Assembly: GCA_017654855.1 (NCBI GenBank)
Contig: CM030335.1
Coordinates: 620,001-684,000, forward strand
Length of the DNA: 64,000 bases
Direction: 5' to 3'
Source of the DNA: Podospora anserina
Lineage: Eukaryota
Shown: piece by piece, positions 45,325 to 57,051 of the stretch
How positions within the stretch are numbered: the first letter of the stretch is position 1
Layout: every line of letters starts with the position of its first letter
The notes under the pieces: generated by a model
Database searches by the model: none
What the model was told of the DNA's origin: nothing
The model's input: only the letters and a program-made list of their open reading frames with translations
Translations under genes and position numbers: made by a program

Positions 45325-47677
45325 ATGTCTCGCGACTCCACCAACATGGTGTCGGAGAAGACGGCTTTCGTGGAGCCCAGCACTCCCCAGGAGCTCCCTA
45401 CTACTCACCACAACCAAAATCACAAACAGTTCAATTGCCGTCGCCGGTTCCTACGCGGTTTCCTTTTCGCCTCTCTTGGTTTGACGATCTTGCACGTCTG
45501 CTCGAGGACCACACCGGCTGTCATCACGAATCCGGTGGAGCCCGCCAAGAGCGACGTCTGCTTGACGCCGGCATGCATCCACGCCTCTTCCGAGATCTTG
45601 TACAATTTGTCCCCAAACTTCAAAGAGCTTGACCCATGTACCGACTTTGAGGAGCTCGTCTGTGGGGGCTGGAGAGAGCGTCATGATCTCCGACCCGACC
45701 AGGGCGATGCCTTCACTGGCACCATCATGTCCGAAAACTCACAGCTCCTCCTCCGTCACATCCTCGAGGCCCCATATCCCAAGTCCTCCAAACACTCCTA
45801 CTTCTCCCCAATGCAGCTTGACTCGACCAGCCTTTCTGCTGATGAGGAAAACTTCAACAAACTGACCGATGCCTACAAGGCCTGTTTGGATGAACCCACC
45901 ATCAAGGAGCTTGGCATTGCTCCCCTCGCCAAGATTGTCGAACAGGTCAAGCAGTCGTTCCCTGTTTCCGACAGCTCATCAGGCAACGCCCTCAGCGAAA
46001 CTATCCTCCTCTTGTCCAGGTATGGAGTTGCTGGGCTCGTTTCTTCTGGCACGGGGGCTGACGATGCCGATCCGGATGTTGTTGCTGTCTCTGTCGCGCC
46101 ACCCTGGAGGATCGGCCTTCCATCCAAGGAGCGTTACGACGATGATGCTCTGGTGAAGAAGTACCAGGGCGTCGTTGTTGATGTACTCTCCCAGCTCGGT
46201 CCCAAAGAGAACAAGGACGTACTCGCTGCCGTTGTCGATTTTGAGAAGAAGCTTGCTGCCGCTTCGCCATCGACCGAGGAGCGGCAGGACGTTACTGTAA
46301 GTGCCCTGCTGCTCCCAGCCCATTCACCATGCTGACTGTTGCTAGAAATACTACAATCCAATGTCGCTGAAGGACGCATCGGAACTGGCGCCAAAGATCG
46401 ACCTCGATCACATCATCTCCACCCTCGCTTCCAAGAAAAAGGTTGAGCGTTTGATTGTGGCATCACCCAAGTATCTTAAGGAGCTACAGAAGATCCTCGA
46501 CGAAACCGACCCCGCCATTGTGCAAAACTATTTTGTGTGGAAGGTTGTCCAGGCTTTCTACTCGTATGTGGACTCTCCTGTAGTGAAGCCGTACAAGGGT
46601 TTCGTCAATGAGCTCGCAGGAAAGGACCCCAACTCTGCCCCTGAGCGCTGGCGCACCTGTGTCAACCACGTCGACGACGGACTTGGTTGGATCTTGTCTC
46701 GCTTCTTCGTCGAGAAGGCCTTCTCGGCGGAAGCCAAGAAGTTTGGTGACCTGATTGTCTCCGACATCAAGGACGAGTTTGTCAAGAAGCTCAAGGCTAC
46801 CGAGTGGATGGACGACGACACGACCAAGAAAGCCATTGAGAAGGTCCACAATATTGTGCAAAAGATCGGCTACCCAACCAAGAGCCCCGACATCATGGAT
46901 CCCGATAACCTGGCCTCTTACTACAAAACTGTCAATATCAGCTCCGAGACTTTCTTCTCCAATGCTCTTTCGGTCATTGCCTTTGCCGTCGCCGATGAGT
47001 GGTCAACACTGGGCAAGCCCGTGGATCGGGATCAATGGGGCATGACGGTCCCCACGGTCAACGCCTACTACAACCCCCCTGGAAACGAGATTGTGTTCCC
47101 CGCTGGTATCATGCAGTTTCCAGTCTTTGACGTTGATGTTCCCGCATACATCTCGTACGGTGCCTTTGGCTCCGTCGCAGGACACGAACTTTCACACGCG
47201 TTTGACTCGACCGGCCGCCACTATGATCAGAACGGTAACTACACTGACTGGTGGTCTGACGGGACTGTCAAGGCATTTGAAGAACGTACCAAATGTTTCA
47301 TCGAGCAGTACGGCAACTTCAGCATTCCCGGTCCTGACGACAAACCTCTTCACGTCAACGGCCGACTCACACTGGGCGAGAACATTGCCGATGCTGGCGG
47401 CCTCTCGGCATCTTTCCAGGCCTGGAAGCGCCGCTCCGCCCAAAAGCCCAACGCTCACCTCCCTGGCCTGGAGCATTTCACACAAAGCCAGCTTTTCTTT
47501 GTCAGTTACTCCAACTGGTGGTGCGGCAAGTCGCGTCGTGACACTGCCATTAATCGCATATATACCGATCCCCATGCGCCAAAGTGGGCGAGGATCCTGG
47601 GGACCATGGCAAACAGCCGGGAGTTCAGGGAGAGCTTCCAGTGCAAGAGCAAGAAGCCCACTTGTGAGCTTTGGTAA
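45325..47677 (+). CDS. M13 family zinc metallopeptidase (neprilysin/endothelin-converting enzyme-like, type II membrane); intron 46297-46345
   Basis: N-terminal TM, 'DPCTDF..VCGGW', VNAYY, HELSH (HExxH), GENIAD, DPHAP. Confidence 0.95.
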
Positions 47678-47887
47678 AGGAGCAAGTGCACGATAGTTCC
47701 AATCATAGTTTGTATGTATTAGTGTCACCGTTGAACATCGCACTATCGTAAACACGGCGTATAAAATCGTGCTGTATCATTTCTGTTTGGTCCCCTGCGT
47801 GACCGCCATGGCAGCAAACAGCAGAGTTCAGTCCGTCGAGAACGAGATGGGCAAGCGGGTAGTTGGGTAGACACCAGCTGTAATTCG

Positions 47888-50385
47888 TCAAAAGATTGAC
47901 CTTCCAGCGGACACAACCCAAGGTCTATTGGACACTCTCAACACCTTCAGCAAAGTGTTGATTAGTGCCAGGTCAAATCCTATGATAGAAGATAATCAGC
48001 AAACCAGATATGTAGATTCATCTTCACACACCCAACTTGGAATGATGAAAGTCATACCAGGTAGACCCATGACTGCTACACAAACATGAAGCGGCTCCTC
48101 CCTTTGACTAGTACGCGATTGGTATCCAATTTCACCAACTATTTGGCCAGTCAGTGTGTGCATCGTCTGTGTCACCATTCGTGGCTCATCACCACAGCTT
48201 TCAGGAGTAGAGAGTCTGCTTACTTGGAACAACTAGCTCGGGAGCTCCCAGGACCGGCGCTAGGAGCAACGGATCTGAAAGGAGCTGATCACCTGTTTGG
48301 AGGCTAAACATTCAACATATCGTTAGCTGTGTTGCCTCCCTCATTCTGCGATGACAATGTGTAGCATGAATGTGCACACACACTTTTATGGCACTTCGTC
48401 TCTGTAATTTGGCTCCACCACTTAGATCGGCCACACCAAGATTGGATTTCGTTCATGCACGCGAAAAACTTCTTTCAAGAGCCATTCTCGGTAGACGTGG
48501 AATCGTTGAAGGCCGAGTTCGTGTTCCTCGGGTGTTACGTTTTTCGCTTTGTCCCTAGGCGTGTGTGCACGGTCAGTTCCTGTGTGTCCTAGGACTTTTG
48601 AACATTGAGTTATACCACAAATGTATCCCTCCAGGAGGCGGCATAAACGGTGTCTTGTGGAATCTTGATTGGTATTCGCTGAAGAATATCTCGATTTCTT
48701 CCCAGAAGGTGTAAACATAGGTAGCTGTTGAAACCTGCCGAGGGTTGTCAGTGCTGCTCCATCGTTGTTTGATATGGCTCAAGGATGTTAGAAACACCTC
48801 TCCATTCAGATAATCACTTAGTGGTAGGCTGTTTGCTTGAGGCGGTGGTGAATTGTACCAGGAATCTCCGTTCGAGATGGGATGAGCTTTTGTATCCACG
48901 ACATTTTCCATATCTTTTATGAACCTCTGAAAGAGAGTTTCCTGACTCTTTGCTGTTTCTGGCAGAAAGTCGGGAAGGTAGAGGATGGAGTCGGGTAACT
49001 CTCCGCCGTGGGATTTGTACCATGCCCTTGCGAAGCCCTCAAATGCAGGGAGGTCCCCTCCGAAGAAACAAGGTGTATCTGTCTGTCTTTACGGAATTTA
49101 GGTGGCGTTAGTTCGAAACCGAAGTAGATCTGTGCATGTATTTGAGCCACGACCTACGGCACACCAGACCACATGCCTTGACACGAAAGAGCTCCGTGAG
49201 AAGGACGAAGGGAAAATACGCCATTGGCTAGAGCTGAAAGATGGCCGCTTGCTGTTGCTGAAAAATGACGGTATCACCTGGTCATCACTAGCCTAACGTC
49301 GAACTGCGTGGTTGAAGCAGGGAAGACAAGGTAGGCACTTATTAGCGCCTTACAGTCTGTTCCCACTGCAATATCCAGCCACTCGTATGCTGCTATGGCC
49401 GCCGCCTGTCCACTGTTTCCTCCTGATGGGGATTGGTAACCATGTCCACGAGGGTTGAACGGTGCCGCAAAATCGACACAGTGGGGCGGGTGCTGCAGTA
49501 GAACCATTGAACACATCTTCGAAAGACCGACATTCTCGGCGCCTTGATCTATAAGCTTCTGAATAGCTGGTGCTGTCTCCGTGGCTGGTTTGCTAAGGGC
49601 TAAATATTCACGGCTTCCCAGTGATGTGGTGAGCCCCTTGACATTGAACATGTCCTTGACTGTTATTCTGACTCCGGCTAACGGCTTCCTTGATGGTTCG
49701 AGGCGTTGAACACGAGAGGAAACTGTAACAAAAGGCCCGTATCGACTGCTTTTGCCAACGGAGCTCGTTATGAGGCTGTCCACCATACCATGTCTAGCTA
49801 GCCAGCATCGACACATAGGAAGCCATTATCAAACACTTACTCTCCCGCCGTTGTGGCATTCTGGCGCAAAGGTAGTGAGAATGCAGCCGCAGTGTCGCTG
49901 TGGACTCTCATTGCCGGACTGATTGTCTGACCGTCCAAGACATACGGGCCAACAGTTCGGATATTTTCCGTTCCAATGAATTCCACCCAGGGCAAGACTG
50001 AGGTCCACCTCCCTACCAGATTTTGTATCTCGCCGATGGTAGCAGGGTCGCTTTTCTCAGTAGACACCAACACTCCGGAGGGGGAACTCAGGGGTCATGA
50101 CATCATGTAGGGCGGTGGCCAAGGTTAGTCACTGCCCGCGAAATAGAGGCCAAAAGGCAGAGAAATTGGTTGACAAATTGATATTACAGTTGATTGTTGT
50201 TGTTAGGTGTAAAAAGTAAACAGTAAGCCAAATCCAGCCTTTAAGGGCGATAAGGTGTGGTTCTGGTGAAACGCAGACCCTTTGTAGGTGCCCCACACAT
50301 CATCCTCAGCGATCGCACGCTCTATGAAGCATTTCAAGAGTGGCAGCACCGGTGTTGATATCGGGATCACGGGTGTCACAAACAC
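47888..50385 (-). pseudogene. Degenerate amidase-signature-family gene
   Basis: 'LAGVRITVKDMFNVKG', 'SPSGGNSG..AYEWLDIAVGTD', 'NGVFSLRPSHG', C-terminal 'GEIGYQSRTS..EPL'; fragmented across frames with stops. Confidence 0.7.
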
Positions 50386-51099
50386 CAGCCACTGGCCGTG
50401 GTGTGAAACACGGAAGTCCTGCGTTTAGCCGACAGTTGATCAGAAATGATTTTCGCTCCAGTGATCACCGGGTCTTTGGGTTTGCTCACCGAACTTTCCT
50501 TGTAGGTTACATATCACCGTTCCCCAAGCTGGAATTTCAGTGTGGCATGACACGAAATCTCGGAGGCCATTTCTCAAAAGACCCATGTCGGGTGAAATGA
50601 AGAGTGTGTGAGTCGTGGTGAACCCGTTGAGACACGGGCAATGTGTGGGGGGGGGACTGGGTCAAGAGGGGAATGTCACAGATGAGGCCTTTCCCTGATC
50701 GTCCAACCGAGGACAACATTAGGTAATGCATATGCAGGTAATATGCATCCATTCTGCTGTTATGTCCCCCCACCACCCCCAAGGCCGTGGCGCAGTGCGG
50801 GCAGGTATCAGCTTCCAATGCTCAGATAATGCTAAGACACCAAGGATACCAAGCTCAGAATATAGACTGGTCATGCTTGGATTATGGACTGGCAATGCCT
50901 GGATTGTAGACTGGTTATGCTCAGATAGAAGATATGATCGACATGAGATGCTCAGATAACTCTTAAACGGCCCTTAGTTCCCATAAATAGGGACTGTCTC
51001 CCCCTTGTGGAACCCATATGGCGCTGTGAGGTCCCTGTTGTTCTTGGGCGGCCAATGGGCACTGGCAAAATCCATCCCACTTATAACCATGGGGTTTAC

Positions 51100-52211
51100 T
51101 TACCTCTTCCCGGTGATTTCACCTTGTCCCAACCAAGAAGCTGTGGACACAGAGAGCAGAAATGCCAACTCAAATATCATCGCAAAATCGGTCATGAAAT
51201 AAACAACAATGTTGAGAACGGCACGCAAGAGATGGTCTTTCTCCCGCATTTTGAACGCAAACGTGATGTCCAAGAGATAGTATCGAAGGGTGTCTCGCAG
51301 CCATCGGAGCAGCTGTCTTGTGTAGAGCCAGTTCGGAGATATACCGGCAGCGATTATGACCCCCGGCGAGTTTTGGAACGCAATCCTCCAACCTTTGTGC
51401 AGCAACCAAGTGGTTAAGGCATTGTCGTCTCGAGTCGTGATAGGAAAGCGTCCGAGCCACAACTCGTGTAGAAATGCATCACGGAATCCTCGGTCTTTGT
51501 AGATGCAGGTCCAGTAAGCAGAAAGCCGGCCGGAAAGGTTTAGAACCTGGCCTTTGTTGAAGAATGCCAAAGCTGAGTGCAGGACATTTCTCCTCGCGAG
51601 GTTCAAAGCACCAAATGTTTCCCACTGGGTCAAGGTGTTCCCATTTCGAGGCTTTACCGCTTGTAGTCCCGTGACGCCACCGACTCTGGGGTCACGGAAC
51701 GGCGCGAGGATGTTGTCAAGCGTGGAGACACCCCACAGTGACCGGTCATCCACAACAACGAAAAATGCGGTCGTGACCTTGGAGATGGCTTCGTAACACT
51801 GTCTTCGATACGAAGCGGTTTCGACAGCCATTACTATGATTCGAGAGTCTCCGATTTCCTCCACCAATCCCTCGATGTATGTACGGCGGGCTTCTAATGT
51901 CGTGATGATTATTGACTTCGGCTCTGTTCTCAGCCATCCCTGTATGACTTGGCGAAAGTGAGGTTCCGTTCCTAGGGTCATCGCAACAATTGTACCATCT
52001 GATCTGCTGTTCTGGGATCTTGCTACATCGGGATGCCGAACTGGAGCTAATCGCCTATAGCCCCAAAGCTCAGAAATAGCTAGAATCAGGCGAGTGTATC
52101 TTAGCAACCTGGATTCCAGTTTGACATTAGTAAAATCAACTATCTGGACATGTGGTCATCACCGTTTTCAAGGAGGACATACAGTACGATGCGGTACCAG
52201 AGGGTAAACAT
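51100..52211 (-). CDS. Glycosyltransferase family 2 (hyaluronan-synthase/Cps1-like polysaccharide synthase), possibly truncated or degenerate
   Basis: VVDD, 'LAPFRDPRVGGV', 'LSGR', xDD, QxxRW (RQLLRW); short first exon from ATG 52211; C-terminal TM region looks short. Confidence 0.65.
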
Positions 52212-52237
52212 TGGTATGGATCTGAAAGGTAACGGTG

Positions 52238-52391
52238 GCTGGGATAAAAGATAGAAAATATTGGGATAGGGGACAGAGAATGCTGGGATAGAGGATAGAG
52301 AATGCTGGGATAGAGGATAGAGAATGCTGGGATAGAGGATAGAGAATGCTTGGATAGAGGACGGGAAATGTTGGGATGAAAGACCGAGGAT
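52238..52391. repeat. Minisatellite, 7 copies of a 22-bp unit (consensus GCTGGGATAGAGGATAGAGAAT)
   Basis: Three perfect central copies (52282-52347) flanked by diverged copies. Confidence 0.92.
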
Positions 52392-52770
52392 GGATGCTAG
52401 AACTGATGATGTAAGATGCTTAGGTTTAAAATGGATATGCTGGGTTCAAAGAATGAGATTATTGGAGTGAAGGCTGCCTGAGACTTGGCGGTAAAACAGT
52501 GCCCAGGTGCGTCGAGAAGGTGGATAGGGCAACCTGAATGTTTGAACCAGCAGAAAGGGAATATGAAGCTGTTGATCTCGGTGGGAAAATGCGGGGAATC
52601 AGTAGCGGCTCTGTGCGGTAGGGTAGGTACCAGAGGCACTCCTGCGCCAAGTACAGGATTAACGCAAATAGGGGTAAGCGAGTTGAATGGACCTCGATAA
52701 CGTTATATTTGCACTGTAATAATATCCCTTTATCATCAGTTGGTCAATATCTCACCCCCCTTTGTACATG

Positions 52771-53742
52771 TTACTGCTCTGTGGTTGCACGTGTTCCCCC
52801 CTTGAGCGTCACATCAAACTCTTCCGGCTTTCTTCCCAGAATTTCTTCCAAGTCCCCCGTCACTGGCGCTGTAGCACCTTGTCTGATAGCCTCCCAAGCA
52901 GTAGCCCAAGTCCTGGCATCCTCCTCATTTTTGAAGTAGCCCTTTACTTGTGGAAGCCGAACCCACTCATGCACAGGTATCTCCCTTATCTTCAAGTCCT
53001 TCCCAGCAACCTCCCCAAGCAGCTTCACCGTGTCCTCCAAACTCCACTCCTTGTTGCCTGTCAGCAATACAACCTGGTTCACATACTGGAAGCTTTCCGG
53101 CGCGGATGAATATTGTGCAATGAGCTTCGCAGACGCCTCTCCAAGCTCATCCCTCTTCACCCACGCCACCCCCTTCCCCTTCCCATCATGCGGGACAAGA
53201 ATCTCATTCCCAACAAGCGTGGCATCAGGGAAGTGCGGATCGAAGAAGCTGGTGTAAATGGGTGTCGACTCGGAATAGATCCCCTCCCTGATCACCGTGT
53301 AGGTGAAACCAGGTGCTGTCTCCGCCAAATGTCTCAAGTGCCCCTCGGTGGCAAGGTGAGCCTGCATCACCTCAGCCACTGACCTGGTAGAGTCTCTTTC
53401 TCCAGCAAAAGCCAGAGAGCTGTAAAAGACATGCTGGACACCAGCGCGGCGGGCTGCGTCGATGGCTGGGAGCTGGACTTTGATGCGGTAGTCTTTGACG
53501 TGGCTTGGGTAGGAGATTAGAAACAGGACATCGATGCCGGTGAAGACCTTTTCAAGGTCGGAGGGCGCTGTTTCGTAGGATGCCTCTCGCGTTCGGACAC
53601 CGGCTTGGGTGTAGTTCCTGGGGACTTTATGGGGGTGGCGGCTGATGAGGATGACATTGTCCTTGGGGACCAGAGCCAGGAGGTGGTGGTAGGTGGAGGT
53701 GCCTAGACCCCCTGATGCTGGGAAGATGCCGATGGTTTTCAT
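52771..53742 (-). CDS. NmrA-like / atypical SDR NAD(P)-binding oxidoreductase (QorB-like)
   Basis: Rossmann motif 'IGIFPASGGLG', 'DVLFLIS', 'IDAARRAGVQHVFYSSL', 'HLATE', 'IREGIY'. Confidence 0.88.
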   Translation of the reverse strand: MKTIGIFPASGGLGTSTYHHLLALVPKDNVILISRHPHKVPRNYTQAGVRTREASYETAPSDLEKVFTGIDVLFLISYPSHVKDYRIKVQLPAIDAARRAGVQHVFYSSLAFAGERDSTRSVAEVMQAHLATEGHLRHLAETAPGFTYTVIREGIYSESTPIYTSFFDPHFPDATLVGNEILVPHDGKGKGVAWVKRDELGEASAKLIAQYSSAPESFQYVNQVVLLTGNKEWSLEDTVKLLGEVAGKDLKIREIPVHEWVRLPQVKGYFKNEEDARTWATAWEAIRQGATAPVTGDLEEILGRKPEEFDVTLKGGTRATTEQ

Positions 53743-53961
53743 TGTGAGTGGTTTTGCCTGCCACTCTAGTGAACGCGGGAGGTGTTGAAGGGATCATTGT
53801 TGTGGGAGAGGCGAGGTGATATTTATGATGATGTCACGGATCTGATTTCCAATCAGGGCCCACATTTGTTTGCTAATTGCTTGTGGTCAACATCACCAAT
53901 CAGACCTGACATTTGTCATGATCAGGACCAGGCTTGCCATTGAATGAACAGGAAGCAACAG

Positions 53962-56016
53962 TCACCGAATCTCGTACAAACCAGCTGGCGGCCCGCCCCT
54001 TCCATGTCTGACACTCTCCGTCACGAGCCCACGCATGATATTGTCATCGCACACATAGCAATCACCCAAAAACACATGGTGAGTCGGCCCACGACGCAAC
54101 ACGTACGGCATCCTGCCTCGAAACAGCACGACAACCTCGTCCCCCTCCTGCATCACCGGCGGCCCGATACCCAAATGTCCTTCCCTCGTCAGGAATGCCC
54201 GTCGACCATAGCAATACACCCCAACAGCATTCCGAAACGTGACCCTCGCCTTCTCGCTCTCGGCCGACAGCACCTCATCTCCCTCTCCAGCAAGCCCAGA
54301 TAAGAATGCTCCTACAGCAGCGTCACTTATCCCAGTAGCTATCTGCCTGTTCATCTCGCTCGCCGAGGCTGAGAAGTGAAACCCATCCATCGAATTGGAC
54401 ATTACATGCCCGACCACTGCGCCCATCGGATGTACCGAAAGCGCCTTGCAAAATGCTACGTCGAGAGGCTCACCAGTGATATACCTCGATCCATTAGCCC
54501 CCGGGAATGGCATGTTGGGCAGAAGCTCCGTCCAAGCGCGTTGGACGGCTTCGGTCTTGGAATGTCCATCTGACCCAAAGTTCATGACATTGCTGACGCG
54601 GTGGACGACGCCGACATGGAAGCCGTCCATGATCAGGGTGCCCGGGATCGGCGAGGAGAAGGCGCGTTGGATACGGGACTGGAAGAAGTCTCCGAGAGGT
54701 GGGGTGCAGATACCGGCGGTGAAGTCACCTCCGCGGAATACAGTGACGGACTTGGACTCGAACCATTTCGGCACCCAGGAGGGATAGGGGTCATCTGGGG
54801 TTGGAGTCGTGCGGTGTTGGACATAACTGAGAACGTCCAGGAACATGGGCATCTTGCTGATCAAGAATTTCGCTAGGCCGGTATAAACCTCCGGAACAGG
54901 GCGAGTGTAGTCCGGCTTCAGAGCCGCCGGGATACCCCAACCTAGATCGGGGTTGCGCTCGTTGACAAAGTTCTGGACGCCCGTGATGGCGGTTGTCAAA
55001 CCTCTCAGCCACCGGTCCGACCGTTGAGTGATGTGAGTTCTCGTCGTAATGGGCTGCAGGCCTTCGTCGCAGATGCCCAAAACCGAATAGATCTTATCCC
55101 GCAAGTCAGTCGCCTTGAACGCACGCATCTGCTCAAGCAAGTCCAGCAACGGCCCCAAGCTACCCGGAATCTCAGTCAGACGAACGTGACCGCTGTGGGC
55201 CCCTGACTGCCGCGTAAATATGAGGTACCACACGTCCAACGAGGTGTTCGTCTCGATTTTGCCCCCAGGCCTGTTCCCAAAGACAAACAGCAACGTCGAA
55301 ACCAAGTCGAAGAAGGACATCTCCAGCTCTTCCGACTTGACCACCGCCACGTTGGCCACGGCGATTTCCTGCACTACCCACGTGCGGTGGAAGTACTCCC
55401 GGTCAAATAGCTTTTGGAGATTGAGCAGTGCGCCCTCTGGCAGACCACCTAGAGCATTACCCACGACGTCACGCACGACACCATCCTCCATTGCGGCGGC
55501 ATCTTTCCTCAAGTCAGCCACTAGCCGACTGACATCACTCAGGACCTTCCCTGCCTCAAACGCAACCTCTGTCGCTTCTGATTCTTGCTTTAGCCCGATC
55601 CAGGCGATGACTCTTTGGCAGTATTTGTAAACCAACCGCATGTACTGCACCTGACGGGATCTCTCCTCTAGACTGGACTGGTCAATACATAGTGCGTCTA
55701 TCCACAGTCGTCGCGGGGGCTGGCCTGGTGATGGTCGGAGGAAGTGGAGTGCCGCCGCGAGGTTGGGTTTGATGGGGAGGGGAAGGTCATCGAGCCAGAT
55801 GTAAGTTTCCGGGTCGGCGGTGCCCCATGTGTAGGAGAGGGCTTCGTAGGGCTGGGTGGATTCGAGGTTGGTGATTGCGAGGGTGCCGTGGAAGGGTTCT
55901 GAGTCGTCCGGGGAGGGGGAAGGAGGGGATGTGGAGGGGAAGAGAGTCAGGATGCGGGTGAAGGGAGGGGTTCGGCTGGTTTTGGAGACAGGTGGCAGAG
56001 GTTGGTATTTGTACAT
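53962..56016 (-). CDS. Intact HET-domain protein (heterokaryon incompatibility, HET-6-like architecture)
   Basis: YEALSYTWG, LWIDALCIDQ, YFHRTWVVQE, ATDLRDKIYS, PSWVP, C-terminal 'G.G....GD.VVVL..PYVLR..LGDCYV..IMRG'. Confidence 0.93.
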   Translation of the reverse strand: MYKYQPLPPVSKTSRTPPFTRILTLFPSTSPPSPSPDDSEPFHGTLAITNLESTQPYEALSYTWGTADPETYIWLDDLPLPIKPNLAAALHFLRPSPGQPPRRLWIDALCIDQSSLEERSRQVQYMRLVYKYCQRVIAWIGLKQESEATEVAFEAGKVLSDVSRLVADLRKDAAAMEDGVVRDVVGNALGGLPEGALLNLQKLFDREYFHRTWVVQEIAVANVAVVKSEELEMSFFDLVSTLLFVFGNRPGGKIETNTSLDVWYLIFTRQSGAHSGHVRLTEIPGSLGPLLDLLEQMRAFKATDLRDKIYSVLGICDEGLQPITTRTHITQRSDRWLRGLTTAITGVQNFVNERNPDLGWGIPAALKPDYTRPVPEVYTGLAKFLISKMPMFLDVLSYVQHRTTPTPDDPYPSWVPKWFESKSVTVFRGGDFTAGICTPPLGDFFQSRIQRAFSSPIPGTLIMDGFHVGVVHRVSNVMNFGSDGHSKTEAVQRAWTELLPNMPFPGANGSRYITGEPLDVAFCKALSVHPMGAVVGHVMSNSMDGFHFSASASEMNRQIATGISDAAVGAFLSGLAGEGDEVLSAESEKARVTFRNAVGVYCYGRRAFLTREGHLGIGPPVMQEGDEVVVLFRGRMPYVLRRGPTHHVFLGDCYVCDDNIMRGLVTESVRHGRGGPPAGLYEIR

Positions 56017-57051
56017 GGTGAGCAGGTTGGCGATACTTTATAGCTGAGTAGATATGTCTGAGCCAAGAGAAATCACGCATCTATGGGAGGTGGAGGTGCC
56101 TTGCTTCAGGATCGCAGTGAAACCAAGTTACAGGGTTCTAGACCTGCAAGATAATACGGCCCAATGATAGCCCGACTGCGTTGAGCTTACCCGATACCGC
56201 CTAGCGACTCTGAACTTTCGCTTGCTAGGATATCTATATGCTTTATAATACTTTATAACACTAGCTATACACAACTTCGCCGCTAAATCGAAAGGGAAAC
56301 ATCTGAAGATACTTAATGTGGTACAAGGACTATTCACATCACAGGGGATTGCGAGGCTGTTCGTTTGTTGATGGGTGTTTGAGCGAGACGGTTCAGTTTG
56401 AGCCTCCTGACTTGGATAGGCAAAGCACGTATTAAAGCTTGCTTGGGGAAATGAATTAATAACCTGTACCAGAGGGGGGAGGGTGCGCAACTATTTACCA
56501 GGTAGCGTGGTATTGATTGAGTGGGTACTTGACTCTTGAAAAGTGTACGTAACAAGATGGCTTTAGGAGACAAATGACTGATGTTCGCTTGCACATATAT
56601 CATCTTCTGGATCGGACTTTGAGCATACCTTATACATACCATCCGAGCTTATAAAGGGACACCACACCTAATCATCTAAGCGTCTAAACGACTCTGTCTA
56701 AGCTTATGTATATTGTTATCCCAGCTTCTGATAGAAACTACACCGACATACATAAACATGCCAATGACTATATCCAAGCTTATATGTTTGCTATCCCAGT
56801 TTATAAGAAATACTATACCTTTATAACCCCAGCTTTTCCAAGACACTACTGACTTTATTTTCCATCAGAGATCCCCCCGTCAGTCGATTTTGGAGGGTAA
56901 AGAACATCGAACAAGGCAGGTAGGGACAGAGTAGTTAGGTACATGTAGCTCATCAAAACCGAGCCACTTTGAGGCTGGCCGTCATTAGACCCATATGTAC
57001 AACTTTATTCATTCATTCATTCATCATCATACAAAGCGCTATGTGAAGACG

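Noticed and set aside
50815-50962. Three to four copies of ATGCTCAGATA downstream of the GT2 gene
   Set aside because: Irregular spacing and short length; I could not assign a structure or function
52238-52391. CRISPR-like array
   Set aside because: Units are directly adjacent with no unique spacers, the context is eukaryotic, and there are no cas genes
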